Assembly (NCBI GenBank): GCA_937880755.1
Contig: CALGRX010000020.1
Coordinates: 56,119 to 120,118 of the forward strand
Length of the DNA stretch: 64,000 nt
Direction of reading: 5' to 3'
Source of the DNA: an uncultured Clostridia bacterium
GTDB lineage: Bacteria; Bacillota; Clostridia; Christensenellales; UBA3700
Both the position numbers and the translations under genes were made by a program. Shown here one piece after another: positions 38,595-47,865 of the stretch. The notes under the pieces are model-generated. The model searched no databases, was not told where the DNA came from, and worked only from the letters and a program-made list of their open reading frames with translations. Within the stretch, counting starts at the first letter, position 1. Every line of letters starts with the position of its first letter.

Positions 38595-41500
38595 TATTTG
38601 AAGTATTCCACTCCGCTTTCAAAGAGCTTCATATCATAGTTGCCCTCTACGTTCTTGTAGAGATTGTCGTCTATTCTTTCGCTGTGACCCATCTTACCGA
38701 GCACTCTGCCGTCAGGGGAGATAATACCCTCGATGGCCTTCATACTGCCGTTAGGGTTGTAAGGCGAAGTCATAGTTGCATTGCCAAAGACGTCGACGTA
38801 TTGCGTAGCCACTTGTCCCGCTTTGACGAGTTTGTCGAGCTCTTCTTGTCCCGAAACGAATCTTCCCTCGCCGTGGCTGACGGCAACTTTGTACACCTCG
38901 TCGACGCGACAAGCGTTGAGCCAAGGCGACTTGTTGGTAGCCACTCTCACGTTGACTATAGTCGATACGTGTCGAGAAATATTGTTAAATGTCAAGGTAG
39001 GAGCGTCGGCTTTTTGCTCTCTTATGTCGCCGTAAGGCACTAGTCCCAACTTGATGAGAGCTTGGAAGCCGTTGCATATACCGAGAGCAAGTCCGTCCCT
39101 ACTATATAGCAGCTTCATTACCGCCTCGGCGATTGCAGGGTTTTTGAAGGTCGTCGCGATAAACTTACCGCTTCCGTCAGGCTCGTCACCACCGCTAAAT
39201 CCACCCGGGAAAGCAAGTATTTGCGCCCTATCTAGTGCCTTAACCAAGGCTTTTGCCGTCTCTTCTATATCCTTAGAGGATTGATTTTTGACTATGAATA
39301 TATCGGCTTTTGCGCCCGCTCTCTCAAAGGCTCTTGCCGTGTCGTATTCGCAGTTAGTTCCCGGGAATACGGGTATGAGAACGGTAGGTTTGACGATATT
39401 TCTAGGCGCTCTCTCGTGCTTGCGAGCCACGCAAATGAGGTTGTTAGCCTCTCCGCTCGCCGGCGCCGTGGTTGGGAATACGCTCTCGAGCGTGCCCGTA
39501 AAGGCTTCGATAGCCTTGTCCATCTTGACCTCAACACCGCAAAGGTCGCAAGTATAAGTTCCGTTGAGGCTAGCGACCTTATCTACGTCAAAGCCATTCA
39601 AGCCGTCTATATCCTCGGCAAGAATTACCAAGTCGCCGAAGCGAGGTGTGAGCATATCCACGGTCAGCGCTTCCCAATCGGTGCCCGCCTTGTTACCCAT
39701 ACAAGCCTTGTATACGCTAGCGAGCACACCGCCCTCTTCTACCACGTTGCAGGCCTTGATTTTGCCAGCAACGATAGCGTCGTTGACGGCGTCGTAGAGC
39801 TTTAGCGTCTTATCAAAGTCGACCATATCGTACTCATCCCTTGGCAAAGACACGTGATAGATATCCTTGACTTTGCCGTCAAAGGCGAAGGTATTGGAGA
39901 TGACCTTGCTTGCCTTGGTTATACCCATAGCAAAACTGATGAGGGTAGGCGGAACGTCGATATTCTCAAAAGTTCCGCTCATACTGTCCTTACCGCCGAT
40001 AGCGCCCACGCCGAGACCTATCTGAGCGTAGAGTGCGCCGAGCAGTGCCGACAAAGGTTGTCCCCATCTCTCGGGATCGTTGCCCAACCTCTTGAAGAAT
40101 TCTTGCAACGATAGTCTAACGGTATCCACTCTCACACCGCAAGCCACCAATTTAGACAGCGACAAAACGATAGAATACACGCTACCCACGAAAGGCGAAG
40201 CGCTCATAAGTTGCGGAGAACAACCGTAACTCGACACGGTAGCGGTATCGGTCTTGCCGTTTACAGGCGGTTTAGCCGCCATAGCCACTGCAGGTGTAAG
40301 TTGGTATTTTCCGCCAAAAGGCATCAACACGCTACCCGCGCCGATAGTCGAGTCGAAGGTTTCGCCGAGCCCCTTGGTGGAACATACGTTGAGGCGGGAG
40401 AGTTCGTGATATAGCACTCCCGCAAAGTCGCCCTTAGCAAAGAGCTTTGCACTCTCCTCGTCCGGCTTGTTCATATAGTCGGTGGCGTTGTCCTTGACTA
40501 CCGCCTTGGTAGTTTGCTTGACGCCGTTGGTATCGAGGAAGCTTCTCTTGAGGTCGACAATACAGTTGCCTGCGTAGAACATTCTCATTCTGCCGTTGTC
40601 GGTAACTTCAGCCACGGCTACGGCGTTGAGGTTTTCCTCTTTTGCATAATTGATAAATTGTTCTACGGTGTCCTTAGCGAGTACTACCGCCATTCTCTCT
40701 TGCGATTCGGATATGGCAAGCTCCGTACCCGACAAGCCCTCGTACTTCTTAGGCACTTTGTCTAGGTAAATATCAAGGCTGTCGGCAAGCTCGCCAATAG
40801 CCACAGACACACCGCCCGCGCCGAAGTCGTTACACTTAACGATGAGTCTTGCTACGTCTTTGTTGCGGAATAGTCTTTGTATTTTTCTCTCGGTAGGAGG
40901 ATTTCCCTTTTGTACTTCAGCGCCACACACCTCCACCGACTTTTCGGTATGGGCTTTGGAGCTTCCCGTTGCGCCGCCGCAACCGTCTCTACCCGTCTCA
41001 CCGCCGAGAAGCACTATAATATCTCCCTCGATAGGCTTTCTTCTCACCACGTTTTCTTTCGGTGCTCCCGCAATGACGTAGCCCGTCTCCAATCTCTTAG
41101 CCACGTAGTTAGGGTGATACATCTCGGCAACGAGTCCCGTCGCCAAACCTATTTGGTTGCCGTAACTACTATAACCCGCAGCCGCCGTCTTGGTGATAAC
41201 GCGTTGAGGCAACTTGCCCTTTAGCGTCTCCTCGATAGGCTTTCTCGGGTCGGCGGCACCCGTAACTCTCATTGCTTGGTATACGTAAGTTCTACCCGAC
41301 AGCGGATCTCTTATCGCACCGCCGAGGCAAGTAGCAGCACCACCGAAAGGCTCGATTTCCGTTGGGTGGTTGTGCGTTTCGTTTTTGAACATTATCAGCC
41401 ACTTCTCGTCCTTTCCGTCCACGTCGACGTCTACTTCCACGCTACAAGCGTTGATTTCGTCGCTCACGTCGAGGTTGTCGAGCTTGCCCTCTTTTTTCAA

Positions 41501-42331
41501 CTTTTTGACGGCAATGGTGGCAATATCCATCAAGCACTTGTACTTGTCTTCTCTTTTTGCATTAAACTCTTGATATAAATCGTTGTACAAGTCGAGCGCC
41601 TTGAATAGATGCGGATTGTCCGACTTGATATCCACGTCGGTAATCTCGGTAGCAAAGGTGGTGTGACGGCAATGATCCGACCAATAGGTATCGATAACTT
41701 TGAGTTCAGTTTCGCTAGGGTCGCGCTTTTCGCCCGCAAAGTAATCTCTCACGAACTTGAGGTCGAGGACGCTCATGGCAAAGCCTTTTTCGGCGTGATA
41801 CTCAGCGATTTGCTCGTCGCTCATAGCAATGAAGCCGTCTATAGTAGGCACGGTGAGTTGCAGGTTGACTTGACTGACTAGCGTATCAGGCAAAATCATA
41901 TCACCCTCTCTCGCCTCTACCGGGTTGATGAGGTACTTCTTGATAGCGGTTATTTGGCTATCCGTGCACCCCTTGATAGCGTAGACTTTAGCGCACTTGA
42001 TGAGCGGTCTTGTGCCCATAGACAACAACTGTACGCATTGCATAGCGCTATCTGCTCTTTGGTCGTACTGTCCCGGCAAATACTCTACCACGAAGACGGT
42101 ATAACCCGTCAAATCGGGGAGGGTTTCGTATAGATTGTCCACGGGAGCTTCGGAGAATATCGTACTCTTGGCACTCTCGTAGACCGCGTCGTCGATATTT
42201 TCGATATCGTATCTAATCAATTCTCTCACGTCCTCGGCGTTGATACCCAGCACGTTTTTGACGTCGGCAAGCGTCTTTTTTGCCGAAACGTTGTAGTTTT
42301 GTTTTTTCTCTACGAAAATTCTTCTTACCAT
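38594..42331 (-). CDS. purL: Phosphoribosylformylglycinamidine synthase, large single-chain type
   Basis: 1245 aa with FGAM synthetase domains and a C-terminal glutaminase (GICNGFQAL). Confidence 0.95.
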   Translation of the reverse strand: MVRRIFVEKKQNYNVSAKKTLADVKNVLGINAEDVRELIRYDIENIDDAVYESAKSTIFSEAPVDNLYETLPDLTGYTVFVVEYLPGQYDQRADSAMQCVQLLSMGTRPLIKCAKVYAIKGCTDSQITAIKKYLINPVEAREGDMILPDTLVSQVNLQLTVPTIDGFIAMSDEQIAEYHAEKGFAMSVLDLKFVRDYFAGEKRDPSETELKVIDTYWSDHCRHTTFATEITDVDIKSDNPHLFKALDLYNDLYQEFNAKREDKYKCLMDIATIAVKKLKKEGKLDNLDVSDEINACSVEVDVDVDGKDEKWLIMFKNETHNHPTEIEPFGGAATCLGGAIRDPLSGRTYVYQAMRVTGAADPRKPIEETLKGKLPQRVITKTAAAGYSSYGNQIGLATGLVAEMYHPNYVAKRLETGYVIAGAPKENVVRRKPIEGDIIVLLGGETGRDGCGGATGSSKAHTEKSVEVCGAEVQKGNPPTERKIQRLFRNKDVARLIVKCNDFGAGGVSVAIGELADSLDIYLDKVPKKYEGLSGTELAISESQERMAVVLAKDTVEQFINYAKEENLNAVAVAEVTDNGRMRMFYAGNCIVDLKRSFLDTNGVKQTTKAVVKDNATDYMNKPDEESAKLFAKGDFAGVLYHELSRLNVCSTKGLGETFDSTIGAGSVLMPFGGKYQLTPAVAMAAKPPVNGKTDTATVSSYGCSPQLMSASPFVGSVYSIVLSLSKLVACGVRVDTVRLSLQEFFKRLGNDPERWGQPLSALLGALYAQIGLGVGAIGGKDSMSGTFENIDVPPTLISFAMGITKASKVISNTFAFDGKVKDIYHVSLPRDEYDMVDFDKTLKLYDAVNDAIVAGKIKACNVVEEGGVLASVYKACMGNKAGTDWEALTVDMLTPRFGDLVILAEDIDGLNGFDVDKVASLNGTYTCDLCGVEVKMDKAIEAFTGTLESVFPTTAPASGEANNLICVARKHERAPRNIVKPTVLIPVFPGTNCEYDTARAFERAGAKADIFIVKNQSSKDIEETAKALVKALDRAQILAFPGGFSGGDEPDGSGKFIATTFKNPAIAEAVMKLLYSRDGLALGICNGFQALIKLGLVPYGDIREQKADAPTLTFNNISRHVSTIVNVRVATNKSPWLNACRVDEVYKVAVSHGEGRFVSGQEELDKLVKAGQVATQYVDVFGNATMTSPYNPNGSMKAIEGIISPDGRVLGKMGHSERIDDNLYKNVEGNYDMKLFESGVEYFK

Positions 42332-42342
42332 TGTCCTTATCC

Positions 42343-43599
42343 TTATTTCTTTATTCCTATATCCGTGCGATAAAACATCTTGTCAAAGTGTACTTTTTTG
42401 ACGTTGGCGTAAGCGATTTCTCTCGCCTTGTCCATATCATCGGCAAGGGCAGTCACGCCCAACACTCTACCGCCGTTGGTGACGAGCACGCCGTCCTTCT
42501 TGGCAGTGCCCGCGTGGTATAAGATTACACCGTCGTCAAGTTTGTCTATAGTGATAGGCAATCCCTTGGCGTAGGCTTCGGGATAACCACCGCTTGCGAC
42601 TATGACGCATACGGCGGTCTTATCGTTCCATTTGATATCTATCTTGTCGAGCGTGCCGTCAATGCAAGCGTTGAATATATCGTATATATCGCTCTCCAGC
42701 TTAGGCAAAACGACTTGAGTCTCGGGATCGCCGAAGCGCGCGTTATACTCCAGCACCTTTACGCCGTCGCTCGTCAACATCAGTCCGCAGTATAGTACGC
42801 CTTTGAATGTTCTATCCTCGGCGTTCATAGCCTTGACGGTTGGCACGATAATGGTGTCGTACACCTCTTGTGCCATTTCGGGGGTATATATTTTAGACGG
42901 AGCAAAAGTGCCCATACCGCCCGTATTGAGTCCCTCGTCGTTGTCGTGCGCCCTCTTGTGGTCTTGCGAAGACACCATAGGCACGACTGTCTTACCGTCG
43001 CAGAAGCATAGCACCGACACCTCTTTGCCTACCATAAATTCTTCTATTACGACCTTCTTACCCGCATCCTTAAACTTGCCGTCAATCATCATTTCTTTGA
43101 CGGCGTCTATGCCCTCTTGCTTGTCGTTGCATATAATTACGCCTTTGCCAAGAGCAAGTCCGTCGGCTTTGACGACGAGCGGATATGTGGCGTTGCTCAC
43201 GTACTCAATCGCTCCGTCGCAATCGTCGAATTCTACGTAGTCGGCGGTCGGAATACCGTATTTTTTCATTAGGTTTTTGCTAAAAGCCTTGCTTGCCTCG
43301 ATTATAGCCGCGTTTTTCTTAGGACCAAAGGCGCGCATACCGTTGCTCTCTAGCAAGTCAACGAGACCTCCTGCGAGAGGATCGTCGGGCGCAACCACCG
43401 TCAAATCGATATCCTTATGTTCTTTGACAAACTTAATTATATTGTCAAAGTCCATCACGCCGATATTGTGACACTCGGCTATTTCTGCAATGCCCGCATT
43501 GCCGGGCAAGCAATAAATTTTGTCTACTTTCGGGCTCTTGGCGAGTGCAATACAAATTGCGTGTTCTCTGCCACCGCTTCCAATAACGAGTACACTCAT
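42343..43599 (-). CDS. purD: Phosphoribosylamine--glycine ligase
   Basis: 418 aa starting MSVLVIGSGGREHAI, with an ATP-grasp fold. Confidence 0.97.
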   Translation of the reverse strand: MSVLVIGSGGREHAICIALAKSPKVDKIYCLPGNAGIAEIAECHNIGVMDFDNIIKFVKEHKDIDLTVVAPDDPLAGGLVDLLESNGMRAFGPKKNAAIIEASKAFSKNLMKKYGIPTADYVEFDDCDGAIEYVSNATYPLVVKADGLALGKGVIICNDKQEGIDAVKEMMIDGKFKDAGKKVVIEEFMVGKEVSVLCFCDGKTVVPMVSSQDHKRAHDNDEGLNTGGMGTFAPSKIYTPEMAQEVYDTIIVPTVKAMNAEDRTFKGVLYCGLMLTSDGVKVLEYNARFGDPETQVVLPKLESDIYDIFNACIDGTLDKIDIKWNDKTAVCVIVASGGYPEAYAKGLPITIDKLDDGVILYHAGTAKKDGVLVTNGGRVLGVTALADDMDKAREIAYANVKKVHFDKMFYRTDIGIKK

Positions 43600-43608
43600 A
43601 TTCTCTCC

Positions 43609-45147
43609 TTAGTGTTTGAAGTGTCTATCACCTGTAAATACCATTGCAATGCCGTATCTGTTGCAAGCGTCAATACTGAGTTGGTCGTTTCTACTTCCGC
43701 CGGGTTGCATAATAGCGGCGATTTTGCCTTGGTGAGCCGCCTCTACGCAGTCGTCGAACGGGAAGAAAGCGTCGGATGCAAGCACAGCTCCCTCGGTTGA
43801 GGTCAAAGAATGCTCGATAGCTTGCTTGGTAGCTCTAATTCTATTGACTTGCCCTCCGCCAATACCTAGGATAGTCTTGTCCTTAGCCACCACGATAGCG
43901 TTGGACTTGGTGTGCTTGACCACCTTCATTGCGAATATCAAATCTTCCATTTGCTCTTTGGTGACTTTCTTTTCGGTGACGTCCACGACCTTATCCATAT
44001 CCACGACCATTTTGTCGTACTCTTGCACGAGCAGTCCTCCAAGCACCTTTTTCATATCGTAGCAGCCTTGAGGTATTGGGCTTGCGATGCCGTCGAGTTT
44101 GAGCAGTCTGATATTAGGCTTTTGGGTGAGGATAGCGAGAGCGTCCTCATCGAAGTCGGGAGCGACTACTATCTCGATAAAGATTTTATGTATTTGCTCG
44201 GCAGTCGCCTTGTCGATAGTTCTATTGGCAGCCACTATTCCGCCGAATATAGAAGTAGGATCTGCCGCGTTGGCTTTGTAGAAAGCCTCGGAGATAGTAT
44301 CGGCGGTAGCCACTCCGCAAGGGTTGGCGTGCTTTACGGCAACTATAGTAGGCTCGTCGAATTCTCTAAGCAAGTCGAGTGCGCCGTTGGTGTCGTTGAT
44401 ATTGTTGTAGCTCAGCTCTTTGCCGTGCAGTTGAACGGCAGTTGCAAGCGAGCCTTTGACGTCGAAGGCTTCCTTGTAGAATACGGCGTTTTGGTGAGGA
44501 TTTTCGCCGTAACGCATATCTTGCGCCTTGTCAAAAGCCATAGTAAATTGGTCTGGGAATTCGATACCTAGTTTGCTTCTTAGATAGTTGGCAATGAGGG
44601 TATCGTAGTAAGAGGTATGTTGATATACCTTATACATAAGGTAGAATTTGGTTTCTCTCTTTATCTCGCCCTCTTCGAGTTCCGTCAAAACCTTGGCATA
44701 GTCGGCAGGATCGACCACGACGGCAACGTCTTGGTAATTTTTAGCCGCGCTTCTGAGCATCGTAGGTCCGCCGATGTCGATATTTTCGATAGCGGTCTGC
44801 AAGTCCACGTTTGGCTTGGACACGGTAGCTTTGAAAGGATAAAGATTTACCACCACTATATCTATGGTATTGATATTCATCTTTTCAAGAAAAGCCATAT
44901 GCTCGGCGTTATCTCTCATAGCCAAAAGGCCTGCGTGCACGTTAGGGTGCAAGGTCTTTACTCTGCCGTCGAGGCACTCGGGGAAGCCCGTAATCGAACT
45001 GATATCGATTGCGTCAAGTCCCGCATCTTTGAGGACTTTGAGCGTTCCGCCCGTAGAGATAATCTCATAACCAAATCCAACTAGACGAGAGGCAAAGTCA
45101 ACGATGCCACTCTTGTCAGATACACTTATCAATGCTCTTTTTTTCAT
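43609..45147 (-). CDS. purH: Bifunctional AICAR transformylase / IMP cyclohydrolase
   Basis: 512 aa starting [12 protein letters not shown] (MGS-like) with the C-terminus TGDRHFKH. Confidence 0.97.
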   Translation of the reverse strand: MKKRALISVSDKSGIVDFASRLVGFGYEIISTGGTLKVLKDAGLDAIDISSITGFPECLDGRVKTLHPNVHAGLLAMRDNAEHMAFLEKMNINTIDIVVVNLYPFKATVSKPNVDLQTAIENIDIGGPTMLRSAAKNYQDVAVVVDPADYAKVLTELEEGEIKRETKFYLMYKVYQHTSYYDTLIANYLRSKLGIEFPDQFTMAFDKAQDMRYGENPHQNAVFYKEAFDVKGSLATAVQLHGKELSYNNINDTNGALDLLREFDEPTIVAVKHANPCGVATADTISEAFYKANAADPTSIFGGIVAANRTIDKATAEQIHKIFIEIVVAPDFDEDALAILTQKPNIRLLKLDGIASPIPQGCYDMKKVLGGLLVQEYDKMVVDMDKVVDVTEKKVTKEQMEDLIFAMKVVKHTKSNAIVVAKDKTILGIGGGQVNRIRATKQAIEHSLTSTEGAVLASDAFFPFDDCVEAAHQGKIAAIMQPGGSRNDQLSIDACNRYGIAMVFTGDRHFKH

Positions 45148-45171
45148 TTTATTTCTCCTTATACGTATTGA

Positions 45172-45750
45172 TTATTTACACAATTTTGCCACGACCGACG
45201 GCAAAAGGATATGTTCTTGAATTAGCACTCTCTCTTGCAAGGTTTGAGGAGTGTCGCCCTCTAAGACGGGCACTTTGACTTGAGCGATTATCTCGCCCGT
45301 ATCAGCGCCCTCGTCCACGAAGTGTACCGTTGCACCGCTTTCCTTTTCGCCCGCTGCTATCACGGCTGTATGCACCTTGAGTCCGTACATACCCTTTCCG
45401 CAAAACTTAGGAATGAGTGACGGGTGAATATTGATAATCTTGCCTCTATACTTGTCCACGAGGCTTGGGGTGACTATCGCAAGATAACCGGCAAGCACCA
45501 CCAACTCTACGTCCTTTTGGACTAGATAATCAATGATAGCTCTATCTCTGTCCTCGGCGTCCTTGTAGTCAGCTAGCCTAAAGACTCTACTCTCGATGCC
45601 GTGTTTCTTAGCTCTATCCAGCGCGCCTATGCCGTCCTTGTTGGTTACCACGGCTACGACCTTGCCGTCTATAAGACCGCTCTCGCAACCGTCCACCACA
45701 GACTGCATATCACTACCGCCACCCGAAGCGAATATCGCTATTCTCTTCAT
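45172..45750 (-). CDS. purN: Phosphoribosylglycinamide formyltransferase
   Basis: 192 aa with [10 protein letters not shown] and NIHPSLIP motifs. Confidence 0.95.
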   Translation of the reverse strand: MKRIAIFASGGGSDMQSVVDGCESGLIDGKVVAVVTNKDGIGALDRAKKHGIESRVFRLADYKDAEDRDRAIIDYLVQKDVELVVLAGYLAIVTPSLVDKYRGKIINIHPSLIPKFCGKGMYGLKVHTAVIAAGEKESGATVHFVDEGADTGEIIAQVKVPVLEGDTPQTLQERVLIQEHILLPSVVAKLCK

Positions 45751-46763
45751 AGTTCTACGCCCTCTTTGTCCGTAACTTCGCCAATGATATAAGCCTTTTC
45801 GCCCATAGCGTTGAGTTCGTCGGTGACGGCGTTTGCGATTTGAGGGTCAACGGCAAGCACCATTCCTATACCCATATTGAAGGTGTTGCACATTTTGGTG
45901 TCGTCGATGCCTGCAATCTCTTGCAATGCCTTGAATAGTTTAGGCAGCGGATAACTGCTTCTATCGATATGCACGCCCATGCCCTTAGGAATGATACGAG
46001 GCACGTTTTCAATAAAACCGCCGCCCGTGATATGCGCAATGCCCTTAATCTCGAATTTTTCTATAATGCTAAGAATTGTCTTGACGTAAATTCTCGTAGG
46101 AGTCAACACCACTTCGGCAGGGGTGCAACCGAGCGTCTCGTTGTACTTGTTGAGGCTCTCCTTGTCCTCGCCGAAGAGCTTTCTGACTAGAGAATAACCG
46201 TTGGAGTGGATACCGCTACTTGCTAAGCCTATGAGCTTGTCGCCCACCTTGATGTTTTTGCCGTTGATAATCTTCTTTTTGTTGACGATACCTACAGCAA
46301 AGCCCGCAATGTCGTATTCGTCCTTGGCATAGAATCCCGGCATCTCGGCAGTCTCACCGCCGATGAGCGCGCAACCCGATTGGCAACAACCCTCGGCCAC
46401 GCCTTTGACGATAGTAGCCACCTTGTTAGGCTCCAACTTAGATAGAGCGATATAGTCTAAGAACAACAGTGGTTTTGCGCCTTGGCAAACGATATCGTTG
46501 ACGCACATAGCCACGGCGTCTATACCGATTGTGTCGTGCTTGTCCAATACGAAAGCGTATTTGAGTTTCGTACCCACGCCGTCGGTACCCGCTACCAAGC
46601 AATCTCCGTCCTCTCTGTCGTCTAGCGCATAAAAGCCTCCGAAACTGCCGAGATCTCCCAACACGTTGCCGTTGTACGTCTTTTTTACGTACTGTTTCAT
46701 CAGTTTTACCGCCTCGTAACCTGCCTCTACGTCCACGCCTGCGGACTTGTAATCAATAGCCAT
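45747..46763 (-). CDS. purM: Phosphoribosylformylglycinamidine cyclo-ligase (AIR synthetase)
   Basis: Starts [15 protein letters not shown]. The ATG at 46761-46763 is preceded by AAGGAGGA; the track start at 46787 lacks an RBS. Confidence 0.95.
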   Translation of the reverse strand: MAIDYKSAGVDVEAGYEAVKLMKQYVKKTYNGNVLGDLGSFGGFYALDDREDGDCLVAGTDGVGTKLKYAFVLDKHDTIGIDAVAMCVNDIVCQGAKPLLFLDYIALSKLEPNKVATIVKGVAEGCCQSGCALIGGETAEMPGFYAKDEYDIAGFAVGIVNKKKIINGKNIKVGDKLIGLASSGIHSNGYSLVRKLFGEDKESLNKYNETLGCTPAEVVLTPTRIYVKTILSIIEKFEIKGIAHITGGGFIENVPRIIPKGMGVHIDRSSYPLPKLFKALQEIAGIDDTKMCNTFNMGIGMVLAVDPQIANAVTDELNAMGEKAYIIGEVTDKEGVEL

Positions 46764-46861
46764 TTTGTCCTCCTTGAATAAATGCAATATGGGCTTGCTT
46801 CCAAACCCATACGAATATAATAATTTTTAATACTTTCTCTTCATACCAACACCCGCCACGA

Positions 46862-47350
46862 TTATACGAGTTGTTGCAGTTTGGCGTCGTCGCCGTTGAT
46901 TTTGTCCGCCATATCTTGCTTGTACTTTTTCATTTTTTCGCCAAGCTCGGGATATTTGATAGACAGCATTTGTATAGCGAGCAGTCCAGCGTTGAGTCCG
47001 CCGTTGATAGCCACGCAAGCCACGGGAATACCCGACGGCATTTGCACCATAGATAGTAGACTGTCCAATCCGTCCATAGTGGAACTCTTGACGGGTAGTC
47101 CTATGATTGGTAGCGACGTATATGCGGCAATCACTCCGCCGAGGTGAGCCGCTTTGCCCGCAGCGCAAATAATCACTTCGATACCGTTAGCCTCGGCATT
47201 GCAAGCGTACTCGTGAGCCTCGTTGGGAGTGCGGTGCGCAGAAATAACTCTGGCGTCGACTTCCACGCCGAATTTCTTGAGTATTTCGATTGCAGGTTTT
47301 ACTACGTCAAGGTCGCTGAGGCTACCCATAACAACGCCAACTTTAGCCAT
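46862..47350 (-). CDS. purE: 5-(carboxyamino)imidazole ribonucleotide mutase
   Basis: 162 aa with VGVVMGSLSD and SAHRTP motifs. It is the first gene of the pur operon here. Confidence 0.95.
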   Translation of the reverse strand: MAKVGVVMGSLSDLDVVKPAIEILKKFGVEVDARVISAHRTPNEAHEYACNAEANGIEVIICAAGKAAHLGGVIAAYTSLPIIGLPVKSSTMDGLDSLLSMVQMPSGIPVACVAINGGLNAGLLAIQMLSIKYPELGEKMKKYKQDMADKINGDDAKLQQLV

Positions 47351-47544
47351 ATTTTTCTCCTAAAAGTTTGTCAAAATAAATTAGAAAAAAGATAAATAAT
47401 CTTACTGCCCATATACTACCATATTTCGATACTTTTTTGCAAGGAAAAAGCCCCAAATTAAAATATTTATTTACAAAATACACAATTTGCATAATTTTGT
47501 CGATTTTTGTGTTTTTTAACGGATTTTTTTGCGATTTTGGGCAG

Positions 47545-47675
47545 TTATCCACAGCATTATCCACATTTGACCTCAGTTATCCACATTCCGAAAAGTCGAT
47601 TTTTTATCCACCTTTGCCGACAAGTATCGGTTTTTTGCCAAAATTATCAAACTAAATATATCCGACTTATCCACA
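47545..47675 (+). promoter_or_regulatory. Array of five co-oriented DnaA boxes (4x TTATCCACA, 1x TTATCCACC)
   Basis: Exact matches read directly: 47545-47553, 47557-47565, 47577-47585 and 47667-47675 (TTATCCACA), and 47604-47612 (TTATCCACC). An AT-rich tract lies immediately to the left (47455-47540). Confidence 0.75.
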
Positions 47676-47865
47676 TACAATTTTAGCTAATTTTATGCAG
47701 TTTTCACCCCTATTTCTATCCCAAATCTATCGCAATTTGTACGTATTTTCTTTCAATACAACTACTCACTTAAACGTCATTCAATACTTGCGTAGCTCTA
47801 AGAGCAATTTATGTCGCATTTACTCTACTCGCGACAATCTTTTTCTCCACACTACCCCAACTCTT

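Noticed and set aside
47351-47540. Purine riboswitch or PurR PurBox upstream of purE
   Set aside because: The minus-strand leader lacks the conserved purine-riboswitch cores (UAUAAU...UUUCUACC...). The closest PurBox-like string (AGTATCGAAATAT) has several mismatches. Only a plausible TTGCAA-18-TAGTAT promoter (47413-47442) is visible.
47440-47700. Chromosomal replication origin (oriC), suggested by the five DnaA boxes plus the adjacent AT-rich tract
   Set aside because: There is no dnaA, dnaN or rpmH nearby. Genes on both sides remain on the minus strand, so there is no leading-strand orientation switch. I could not find tandem DnaA-trio-like repeats next to the boxes. It is kept as a DnaA-box cluster or relic plasmid/ICE origin instead.
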